The position numbers were made by a program, and so were the translations under genes. A stretch of DNA of 50,737 nt, filler included, from Circinaria calcarea (taxonomy: Eukaryota): assembly GCA_051942165.1 (NCBI GenBank). It is 3 parts of 3 records of this genome, joined end to end, with 100 filler letters (N's around TTAATTAATTAA, not from the genome) between each part and the next. Parts side by side here need not be neighbours in the genome. Positions count along the whole stretch, not along the records: positions 1 to 16,878 come from JAVECS010000297.1; positions 16,979 to 33,822 come from JAVECS010000298.1; 1 more part is not named here. One strand, written 5' to 3'. Below are positions 12,801-23,452 of this stretch, one piece after another. The stretch's first letter is position 1, and each line of letters starts with the position of its first letter. Below the pieces are notes generated by a model. The model searched no databases, was not told the origin of the DNA, and saw only the letters and a program-made list of their open reading frames with translations.

Positions 12801-15800
12801 CACCCTTGGAACCCCAGCAAGCTGGAGATCCTCACGGCAGCGTCTGGTTTCGGCCCAACTTTAAAGATTGCCGCTGATAACAACACTTCAGCATACTTGT
12901 GTACCCCTAAAGCCAAGACGCAGGACGTCGAGTACCCTCGAGATCTCTGCGTCGCTCGTCTTGCGAAAGACACCCCAGCATTGATACCCTCCCTCAGAGC
13001 GGTCTTGGAGGCATCTGGATGGAAAATCACAGAGCAGACGTACCCGTTCTCAAACCCGGCCGCAGGAAGCGTGGTCCTGATTCTCGATGAGCTGTCAGCC
13101 CCTGTGTTGACACAAGCCAGCTCCGATCAGTGGGAAGCACTGAAAATGCTCATAAGCTCGGGAAAGAACCTTCTCTGGGTGACTAAAGGTGCGCAGTATG
13201 AAGTTACCGAACCAGATAACGCTCTTGCTCATGGCCTATTCCGTGTGGTTCGCATGGAAGATGCTAACGCCAAGCTCACCACCCTGGATGTTCAGTCAAG
13301 TACTAGCCCTGCGACTGGTTTGGCGATCGATACGCTCCTCGAATCATTGAGAGGCGACAGGCCTAAGACTTTTGCAGAGACCGAGTTCGCAGAGCGGGAT
13401 GGTATCCTTTATGTTCACAGAATCGTTCCGGATACGCCAATCAACAACTTCAAGAACGACGAAAGGGAGGGTGCCGAGCCTGTTCTCAGGAATATGCATG
13501 AGGTGGAGGCGGCTGTGGCGTTAAGAGCCGAGCGCCTGGGTACCTTCCAGAGTCTCGCATGGAGCGAAACAAATGTTTCTGAAGTTCCAGTAGAGGCAAA
13601 CAAGGTAGAGGTTGAAGTCGTGGCGGTGGGTGTCAATTTCAAGGTGAGTCTAGGGCTCCAACCCTAGGTATCTTATAACGATTGCACCCGTGCTTATCCT
13701 CGACAGGACGTTGCCGTGTCAATGGGCATTGTACCTGAGAATGAGTACACGCTAGGATATGAAGCTGCCGGCGTCATCAAGCGACTCGGGCCAGGAGCGA
13801 CTAAGTTCAAAATAGGAGATCGTGTTTGCTTTCTGAACAACGGTAGTTACGCAAATCGCCTCCAGGTTCCTGTTGGGCGTGCTCACTTCATTCCAAATTC
13901 AATGACATTTGAGGTATGTTGACTATATCGGAGACTACCGCGAATTCCTTGTCCTAATATAAATAATAGGATGCGGCAACTATTCCCTCAGTATACCTGG
14001 CTTCGATGTATTCCTTGTTTGATATAGCCAATTTAAAACAAGGTCAGGTAAGACCTCTCCATATTAGTCTAGAACTATCCTGACAGGCCATCAGTCTGTT
14101 CTTATCCACTCTGCGTCCGGTGGAGTTGGACTTTCGTGTATCCAGCTGGCTCAATACATGAATGCAGAGGTGAGTGTGATACAGCAAGAGCGAGCGAATA
14201 GATAACTGAGAAAGCGTAGATCTACGTCACTATTGGCACAGAAGAGAAACGTAAATTCCTTGCCGATAATTACGGTATCCGGCAGAACCGCATGTTCTCT
14301 TCTCGGAATATAAACTTTGCGAAGGAAATTCTCCGTGCGACTAATAATCGCGGTATCGACGTGATTATCAACTCTCTAACTGGGGAAATGCTTGATAAAT
14401 CGTGGAGAGTCTGCGCCCACGGTGGCACCTTGGTCGAAATTGGCAAAAAGGATATTATTGATCGAAACATGTTGTCCATGGAGCCATTCGACCGGAACTG
14501 CTCGTTTAGGGCGATGGATTTTTCATACACGAAAGATATCTCAGACTCGTTGATCACAAGGTTCGTCCTTTCTAGAGGAGTTTCCGTTGCGTGATACTAG
14601 CTTGATATTGACCTCTTGATAGGCTTTTGGACCAGATTTTCGACTTGGTTGATGCCGGCCATATCAAGCCCATCCACCCAGTCACCATATTTGGTTTTGA
14701 TGATATTCCCTCGGCATTGGCATATATCCGTAGCGGACGCCACATTGGCAAAGTTGTCATCTCAAATAGAGATAAGACCGATGTGCAAATCCCTATTAGA
14801 CCAGCAATGCGCAAGCTTGCACTCCGGTCTGACGCTTCCTATCTTATCGTTGGCGGCCTGAAGGGTCTCTGCGGAAACCTGGCCATTCACATGGCACAGC
14901 ATGGGGCTCGGCGCATTATCGTCTGCTCCAGGAGCGGTATCAGCGACGAAGCGTCAAAGAAGACTGTGATGAACTGCTTAGCGTATGGATGTGAAATTGT
15001 CGAGGGTAGAGGCGACGTTGCCGACATTGAATTCATGCGAAGAGTATTCAAGGGAGCGTCGCCCAGAATCACTGGTGTCATCCAGGGAGCCATGATCCTC
15101 AGAGTGAGTTCTCGTGCCCTTGAGACCTTTCATCGCAGCTGCTGACCGTGGGTCTTTCAGGACAAACCTTACGAGACCATGACCCTGGAGGAATACCACA
15201 CTGCCATTTACGGCAAGATTAGTGGCGCCTGGAGCCTGCATCGGGTGTCCCAAGAGCAAAAATAGCCGCTGGACTTTTTCACAATGCTCTCCAGTATCTC
15301 CGGTATTGTTGGCAAAAAGGGGCAAGCCAACTACTCGGCAGCAAACACATTTCTCGATGCTTTTGCCACGTACCGCCAGTCGCTGGGTTGCCGAGCGAAT
15401 GCGGTCGACCTGGGGCTGATTGAAGATGTGGGATACGTCGCCGAACAAGGCGGCATGGACAGTCACTTCAACAAGAGACAGTGGACACCCGTGACGGAAG
15501 GGACGCTGCGGAAGATCTTGAGCTACTCCATCCTTCAGCAAACAGCGCCGATCCACGCGAGCAGCAGCGCGTAGCTGATCACCGGCATCGGGTTCCCCCT
15601 CCCAGACGATTCGGACCTGATCCGAGAAGCGAGATTCGGCTATCTCTTCGCCCAAAGCGCATCGAGCGGAGCCGGCAAGGAGGGCAGCCAGGGCGACCAG
15701 ACTATCCGCGCCTTCCTGATGATGCACAAGTCCGGGGCGGACAAAGCGGCGCTGGTCAAAGTGGGAGTCGAGCTGATGGCGGCCCAGTTCACCAAAATCC

Positions 15801-16003
15801 TGCGGCTCGAGACGGACATGGAACCGGGCAAGTCGCTGATGGCGTACGGGTTGGATTCGCTGGCGGCGGTGGAGCTGCGGAACTGGATCCGCATGGAGCT
15901 GGGAGCGGAATTGACGATGCTCGACATCACGAACGCGAGCTCGCTGATTACGCTGTGTGAGAAGTTGGTTTCGAAGCTGCCGCAGCCTGAGACGGTTAGC
16001 TGA
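9856..16003 (+). pseudogene. Highly reducing iterative type I PKS (KS-AT-DH-psiMT-ER-KR-ACP), disrupted
   Basis: KS start [23 protein letters not shown]-half AYHS, EIGP; DH WLKDHKIG..MPGSGY; ER IHSASGGVG; KR YLIVGGLKGLCG, GQANYSAAN; ACP GLDSL. Internal deletion near 10333, stops at 11238, 11655, 11703, 11838, 11859, 15263, 15572, frameshifts near 12160 and 12740. Confidence 0.95.
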
Positions 16004-16689
16004 TGGATTGACAAGGTCATTCCTAGGAACAGGGAAGGTCAGGGGATGAGCCAAATATCTACTTTGTTTCTGACTTGGACTAGAGTCTTGACTATAGATG
16101 TTTTCTATTTTTGCCACATCTTAGAAGAGACCACTGGTGGAACGAGGGTGGGGAGAATTAGCATATCCGCAACGTGGCTTACGAACGAGGCTTTGCTTGT
16201 GGATAAATTTGTTTATAACTCATCACTCTTTCCTCCCCCAATTTCAATCTCCAAACATAAAGAACCCCGTCACAGACCAAATTGATTAATCCCTTCCGCA
16301 TCCGCATCCCGCATCCGCATTCTAACAGGGGGGTATCAGAGCAACAAACTCATTTAATGCAAACAATGATGAAAAGGATTCGGTATTAAAAGCCATGCAT
16401 GCCGAGCGAACTCAAAAGCCTGCAAGATATAGACAATACGAAGACAGAAAATGGGAATATGGCCACGTCTCTTTTGTACATGAATAGTAGCACGTAGAGA
16501 ATTGGATTGGTAACCACCGAGCAAAAGGTATTCGCGGATTAATCAGACAAACAGGCGAAGATGCATACAAGCGAATAGAGAAGCATTGTCCCGGCCAAAA
16601 GTATGGATTAAGCTCCATCTGGTCCTCTAGCAAGTACCGTTTATGCCGGCCAGTTCCCAAAGACCAATCGCAACGAACTCTTGAAGACC

Positions 16690-16878
16690 TTATTCGAGCG
16701 GACTGAATACCCCCTCATCCTCCCCGCTTCTGTCCAGAACTCTTCTCCCGAAATCCAATTCTTCAAAGGGAGGCTTCCACTCCTTGAGGCCATGAGGGCT
16801 CGCACCTCCACTGAGAGTGAGTGTACTCACAATTGACGATGGCGGCACTATTGTCTCTTCCGACGTAGGCAACAACGC
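16690..16878 (-). CDS. 3' end of an unidentified gene truncated by the assembly gap
   Basis: Open frame running out of the gap to a TAA at 16690; no recognisable domain, and it does not look like the dehydrogenase C-terminus. Confidence 0.3.
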   Translation of the reverse strand, partial: ALLPTSEETIVPPSSIVSTLTLSGGASPHGLKEWKPPFEELDFGRRVLDRSGEDEGVFSPLE

Positions 16879-16978
16879 NNNNNNNNNNNNNNNNNNNNNN
16901 NNNNNNNNNNNNNNNNNNNNNNTTAATTAATTAANNNNNNNNNNNNNNNNNNNNNNNNNNNNNNNNNNNNNNNNNNNN
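16879..16978. other. Artificial contig spacer
   Basis: N44-TTAATTAATTAA-N44, 100 nt, stops in all six frames; real gap size unknown. Confidence 0.97.
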
Positions 16979-18153
16979 AGCCCGTCGAACTCGGCGTCAA
17001 TGTAGCTCGCGTTCCAGCAGCTCTCGGGCAACTTGGCGACGCGCCGGGCGTCGACGTCGCACTCGGGCACGAGCGGGTCGTAGTAGGCGAGCCGGGCGCA
17101 GCCCATTTCGGCCAGGGTGTCGGCGAAGGAGAGGGAGGGGGAGGAGTGCGTGTTGGATTGGCCGGCCTTGAAGCCGATACTGACGATGAGGAGGCGGGGA
17201 AGGTGCGGGGGTTCCGGTTGATTTAGTCTTTGGTTTGGGGCGTGGGCGGTAGCAGACCCTTTTGGTAATAAACGGGCGAGACAGCGGCGGTAGAATTGAA
17301 TGGCGAGTTTACGGGGCCGCCTTTGCATGAGCTTGGTGGCGCGCTGGAGAACAGGGAGGTGCTTGTTGTTGGTAAAGAGGTAAAAGGGGTTCACGGGGAT
17401 GCAGTGCCCGCCCACGCCCAGGCCCGGGTAAAAGGGCTGGAAGCCAAAGGGCTTGCTACTGGCGGCCGAGATCATCTCGTGCGGGTTGATGCCGTGCATG
17501 TGGCAGGCGTCACTCATCTCGTTGACGTAGGCGATATTGACCATGCGGTAGCAGTTCTCGAATAGCTTCGTCATCTCGGCGACCTCGGGTCGGGAAACGG
17601 ACACGACGGTCTCGAAGACGCGAGAGTAGATTGCGACAATCTGTGCGAGGGCTCTGGCAGTCAAGGCCGAGACGACCTTGGGGATCTGAGCAGCCGAGGG
17701 ATGGATTCTTCCGGGGTCGATGCGCTCCGGGGACATGCCGCAGTGGAAGAGGTCTTTGTAGGGGGAGAGGAGGTCGCGCGTGGTGCCGACGGGGACGGTG
17801 CTCTCGACGACGATGCAGGCACCCGGCTTGGCATGCTGGAGGACCGTCTTGATGGCAAGGCGGACGAAGTCAAGGTTCACGTTACCATCATCCTTGAGGT
17901 TGGTGGGCACGGAGATGAAGTAATGGGTGGCACGGGCGAGGGCGGCTGGTTTGCTGGTCAATTGGACCGAGGGGAAGGCGGCGAAGTGAGGCGTCAGTTC
18001 TTGGAGGCGCTTCTCGGAGATATCGAAGCCGATGCAGTTGAACAGGGGGCGGAATTGCTTGAGCAAGGACTCGCCGACGAAGCCGACGCCAACGACGCAT
18101 ATGCAGATGTCGGCGTCGAGGGGCCGCTCCGGCATGGCCTTGATATACTTCAT
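16979..18153 (-). CDS. UDP-N-acetylglucosamine/UDP-hexose 6-dehydrogenase (UDP-glucose/GDP-mannose dehydrogenase family, WbpA/WecC-like); 3' end in gap
   Basis: GVGFVG NAD motif, ISVPT, ESTVPVGTT, SPERIDPG, AEMTKLFEN, PGLGVGGHCIP catalytic Cys, GFK..YDP C-domain; no intron in the visible part. Start codon uncertain. Confidence 0.92.
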
Positions 18154-18823
18154 CGCGTGGGTAGGTACAGTAAAAGAGAGCTGGCTAAGCAACTGAACCT
18201 TGATCTAGTATTTGAACAGAGGATTAACACTGCTCCAATCTTTAGTCCCTCGCGCTGCTTGCAGTCACCTCCCCATACTGGCTTCATCAAGGCTGGATGT
18301 AGTTAATTAGCATTAGTGTAGGGTTCGGGTAACTGTAGACTGCTCTATTTCCCTCTGCATTGGGAAACCCACATTCCAAGGACTGCATGTCTGGAATGTA
18401 CTTCCCAATTCAACAGATACACCCTGACAGCCAATAACATTAAATTACATCATGCCGTTTTCGGCCACTTGCGGCACTTGCTGTAAACTGAAGCAAATTT
18501 CAGTGACGGATGAGCAACGAGGCATAGGGCTGCAATACACTGGGACTTTGTTGATATGCAGGTGATCAAGACGTATGGACTCTTTCAAGGTATTAGATTC
18601 TGAGGGAGCCAGTAAAAACCCTCTCGTCCATGCCCACAGTGAAAAGTAATGCCGAACTTTATTCTCAACGCGTCTAGAATCAAGAAAGGCTGTCGCATTA
18701 ATTCCGCATCAAGGAAATTGTCAGGCGCCTAACAGCCCTTGAATCTATCGCAACAAACATGTAATGTAGGCGTGCAAATGTATACCTTCCCATGAGTTCT
18801 GCTTTGCTGCCATGCTCTGAATG

Positions 18824-21760
18824 TCATATCAACCTGACCGAGTTCTTCTCTTCGCCCACATTACCCCTTTTAATTCTAGGTGGATGCACAGATGAGTCCT
18901 GGCTACTGAAATGTACAGGGTACGTTGTCGAACTCGGCACTGCGACCTTGGACTCGTTTGATCTCCTTCCTTCTCTTGAATTTGTGTTCGAATTGGTTGC
19001 TAAAGCTGACATTGCGGTGTATGTTTCCTGGGATCTGGTTTCGTTTGTTGGACCACTCTTCGGGCTGGACTTTTCCTTGAAATTTTTCTTTGGCGTTCGA
19101 TCCTCAACAGCCTTGCGAACAAGAGCGACAAGACCCTTTGCTGTCCAAGGATGTTCAGGGACAGGTGATATGAGCGGATGTTCAATCTGATGGGTGGTTA
19201 CTCCAGTGACACCCCATGCTGTTTTGCAGTTAGCTTCGATTGCCTGCGGAGCTTGAGCTTCCAAGGATACAATTCAGTGTACCCACCATGGTTGCCTAAA
19301 TTGAAAACGACGATTGTGAAGACGATCATAGATAGGAATGGCGAAATGATCTTGCTAATCAGAAATCCGAGAACAAGTTTGTGCGCCCGGGTTCGTAGAA
19401 GCGGCTCTCGGAAGATAATGAAGAAGAGGTACCAACAAGTCGGGATTTGGGTGACGATAAGTAGCGGTATGAGCTTGATAATGCGGAAATAGTGAACTAG
19501 TCCGCGAATGAAGAGGATTGTGTTGGCAACACGGTAGTAAACCAGGGTCAGTCGGACTAGCTCTACCAACGCCCAGAGTCGAGTGATAAAGATTTGCTTC
19601 GCACCAAAGCTGGGTCCTAAGTTAGAAATGTTATTTTTATTGAAGTGAGGTTTTATTTACCTGTAGAAGAAATCATTGAAATATGCATTTGAGCCCCACC
19701 GCCGGCGTTGACTAAGATAATGTCGTAAAGACTGCGGTGCATCTGTTTCACTGACTGCGGATGGGACGAATAGTGTTCGCAGCTTCTTATGCTGAGAGAG
19801 CATGCAGAATGTGAGCCGGCGGTCCGTACCAAGGTACTGGACTTGGTGATGGAGGACCATACGGTCTGTCACTGGTTTGGCATAATCCTGAATTGCCCCT
19901 GCCATTTCTGGTCGAACGGCAATCATGGTGACACAACCTGGAAGACACGTAACCTTGCCCCAAAGTCCTTCTGCCCGTCTTCTTACGTACTGTCCAAAAG
20001 TATACTTGGTATTTGTTAGCAATGACCTAAAGAATCGGAAGACGTTGAAAGAACTAGTGTTCTAGCAGCCAAGGTCGTAGATAACGCACCTGGAACTGCT
20101 GGTACAAGTGCCACATCGACCACTCAGCACTACGCTTCATCTTGACTAGTACTAGACCACATGCTGCGACAGCAGATTTGTCCCTAGAAATTGCGTCGGC
20201 GAGACGTGTAATTGTACCCTCGTGAATGATAGAATTGGCATCAGTGCAAAAAATCAGGTCGAAGCCCTTGAAGTCCGGGTCCTCAGTCAAATTCGGCAAT
20301 ACCGTAGTCCCGATCTCATCTCTCAGCAGCTTCGTGTATAACGGCACATTTTCCCGAACAATGTTGAAGAGATCATGACACAGGATGAGGCTGTCTTTCT
20401 TCCCAGCCCTTTGTGCCTTCTCAATCACAATAGCTGGGATGTTACCCGGCATGAATCCAGCGTTGATTATAAGTTCACCACGAACGAATTTTGATGTCAC
20501 GTACGGCCTCCGGATGGTTTTGACAATTCGTATCAAGTGTGACTCGGTATTTCGAGGTTTTCCATCATGAATAATGCACATAACCTGCTTATGCTGTGCC
20601 AAGTCCTGGTCCAGAAGGTTTTGGACAGTTGTCATAATCTCTTCTTCGGTCTCCGAATAAGCTGTTATCAGAGTCAATATCCACTTTGGAGAAATTTTCT
20701 CTGCAGGATGTCTGTGTTTGTAGACAGCTTGGATAGGAAGAGCGACGATTGCAATGACAGTTGACAAAACATCCTTACTCTTCATGAAAAGGATTATGGC
20801 TAAAACCCATCCATAACGATGACTCAGAAGTGCTGCTAAGAGAAAAGCCGCGTTGAAACAGAACACAATGAAACAAAACATGATACGTTGCCATCGTAAA
20901 CTCCAAGGACTCAATACATGAGCAGGGTTTACAGGATCAGCAATGATAGGGTAATGGTGTTCATTGCCGGATTGACGAGTTGTATATGGGTACGAGTCTG
21001 GCGTGGTAGGCGTTCGTTGATTGGAGGGAAGACGAGACGATACATTTTCTGGATGGTTTGTGTTCGAGCTGGCATGCTCATGCTTTTCGGAGAGGGGAGT
21101 AGGATCTTGCCGCCTTGAATCTGTTATGAAACCGGGTTCGTAGGCGGACTTAGCTGCATGACCAGAAGCCTGGGGAGTCGCTAGATTTGCAGAGCGTTCA
21201 TTCCCTTTGATATGATGGCGTTGCTGCCGCATGAGATCAACATTTGAATAGGTGTCTGGCTTTGCACTCTGTTTGCCCTCTCCCCCATATCGATTGCTTG
21301 ACTGGGGAGCGCGCTCGTCATCGGATTTAAGCTTTGGCGGTTTAGAACCTAGCCCGAGGAATTTCCTTGGGCTTCTCCGCGCAGTCTGAGCTCTCCCAGT
21401 TAATCCTTCTCCGGGTTTCCTCGAATTAGACAGAGGTGGCTGATATTCCATCGGGCTACCTGCAGGAAATCCCCTCGAGCCCGCTAGAGTTTTCTGGTCG
21501 TGATCATGGCTGGTAATCTGGTCGATCGAGGGAAACGCCTGTCCTGGTCGGGGTTGGTGGCCCCTGAAGTTAAAATTTGCTCCACCCTGAAGTCGACGTT
21601 GGAGTGGTGAGATGATGGTGGGCGAGGCGTCATCACGATATTGGAGATGTTCCTGAGTCGCTTCTTTGAACCTTGAACCCTTTTCTCGTTCTCCAGCTTC
21701 CACGGCCGCTGGTTTGGCCGTGCCCCATTCTCCTACCAGTTTCGCGGCTACTAATTTCAT
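18824..21760 (-). CDS. Divergent chitin-synthase-like GT2 processive glycosyltransferase
   Basis: Four exons (introns ~20089-20005, ~19660-19611, ~19286-19220). Disordered N-terminus, TM pair, AGKKDSL, TDANS, QQFQY, VTCLPGC, LGTDRRLT, ETDAP, SQRRRW, C-terminal TMs, NHAWG. Confidence 0.9.
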
Positions 21761-23452
21761 ACCTAATAAAGGACGAATAAGGAGGCTCTGGAGTCCTGCA
21801 GCTTGTCGAGTCCAATCTAGGCGGATGGCGCTAGTGATTTCGGTGAGGTAGCAAGGCTAAGGGACCGCTTTCAAGGTTGAACGAACAGCTGTCCAGGGAT
21901 AGGATACGTGGTTGAATTCTTTTTAAACGTCAGGAAAGGCCACTATATCCGCTTCCAAGACCTTCTCTCGGACACTGATAATTTAAAATCGCAAGGTCAG
22001 CCCTTGTTCATAATGATAGGGAATTACCAACCCACACACCTTCTATTAGCAGCTTCGCCTTCGACACCTTGACTTATTCAATACCCTTGCCTAGAAGCTC
22101 CATCGAATTCGAACATAACAACTTTGCTTTGTAGGTCTGGTAAGTTCTCCTTTACCCAAGATCGCAAACCAGGCACACGTATAAGGAATTGGGACCTGGG
22201 GGGGGAAGACCGAAGAATAAGGCTGCACGCAAATAGAGGGAACAAGCGAGGAATGTTCCCGCCACCGGACATCAAGATTATATCGACTCTGATTGGAATG
22301 CTTCATGTTGTTGATGAATCTTCTTCCCTTTGCCTATTTGCAGTCCCTATATGCCTTGATAGACTTTGAAGATTTCATAGATAGACATTTTCAATCAAAT
22401 CACCAGACGTCCTAACTGGCTTGCCACATCACACAAGTGGGAGTTGAAATTGGTGACTCGAGAAGAAGAAAAGCAACGCACATTCCTCAGGGCGGGGGCA
22501 ACCAGAACGCTTTCTGGAAGCCGGAAGCAGCACAAGACCCACCTTCGCTGATATCTACTGTGGTTGCAGGCACATCAGGTGTTGGTCTGATCTGCACATT
22601 TCCTGAATATGATTAGTCGCTACATACATAAATAGACCCTGTTTGCAGAACGTACTAATAACTGATATGCCTGCGACCACAGTAGAATGATTCGCTAATA
22701 ACAAGTGGTCATAAAGGCTAGATTACTGCCTTGAGGGGGACACCTTGCAGGCATCGTCTTCTGTGGTTGAATTTCCATCATGCCCGCCATCCATTAGGTA
22801 CCTACAGTCACAGGAGCAGAAGTCCTAAAACTCATAGGATAACCAGAAGATCCAGCTCAAACCGGGCTAAGGCCAAAGGCATAGCGGTAGCTCTGCTAAT
22901 CTTCATCCTTTTACTTTAGCCAGTCGAAATTGTGAATATGCTCAGGAATATATTCAGGTTGCCGAGGCGACAAGTTACCATGCCTACAAGTAGCTCATTC
23001 CATAGGGCCAACTGCAAAATTCCCTAGCGTCGGGCCGAATCAAGACCGAGTTTTACCGGTTCTGGCGATTTTGCGGATATTTGCCTACTTTCATAGAGGA
23101 ACCTAAAGCCCCCCCTGGAATGCTGAGCTGCCTTCCATCGGTTCTGAGCAAGGCTTTTCTCGGGAAAATGACAGGGGCAGAACTTCATGTGGGACGATTA
23201 CGACTTTTAGAGAATTGCCAATTATTACTAAATCGCGTAGACTAGACCGACAAGCTCTCTCCTGCCAGCGCACCCTCACAATCCTCCACCACCGCCGGTC
23301 CCACAAGCAACTTTTCCGCCAATAGTAGAAACCAGAGTTTAAAGCAGTGATAAAAGCACAAAAGCAGATTTTAGGCATGGCGACGGCACTGCCGATAGAG
23401 AAGAGCATCAGCTGCTGCCGGTATATCGGCCCAATAGAACAATTCAACGAAC

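Noticed and set aside
14978..16117. Long antisense ORFs (also 17701-18306, 6852-7484, 50051-50710)
   Set aside because: Shadows of GC-rich sense-strand genes (PKS, dehydrogenase, SDR, RCY1) with no motifs of their own.
16923..16934. TTAATTAATTAA palindrome (also 33867-33878)
   Set aside because: Assembly linker inside N runs, not biological.
16003..16979. Functional link between the PKS cluster and the dehydrogenase/GT2 cluster (glycosylated polyketide)
   Set aside because: They are separated by an artificial spacer of unknown true size, and the GT2 is a polymerising type rather than a small-molecule glycosyltransferase.
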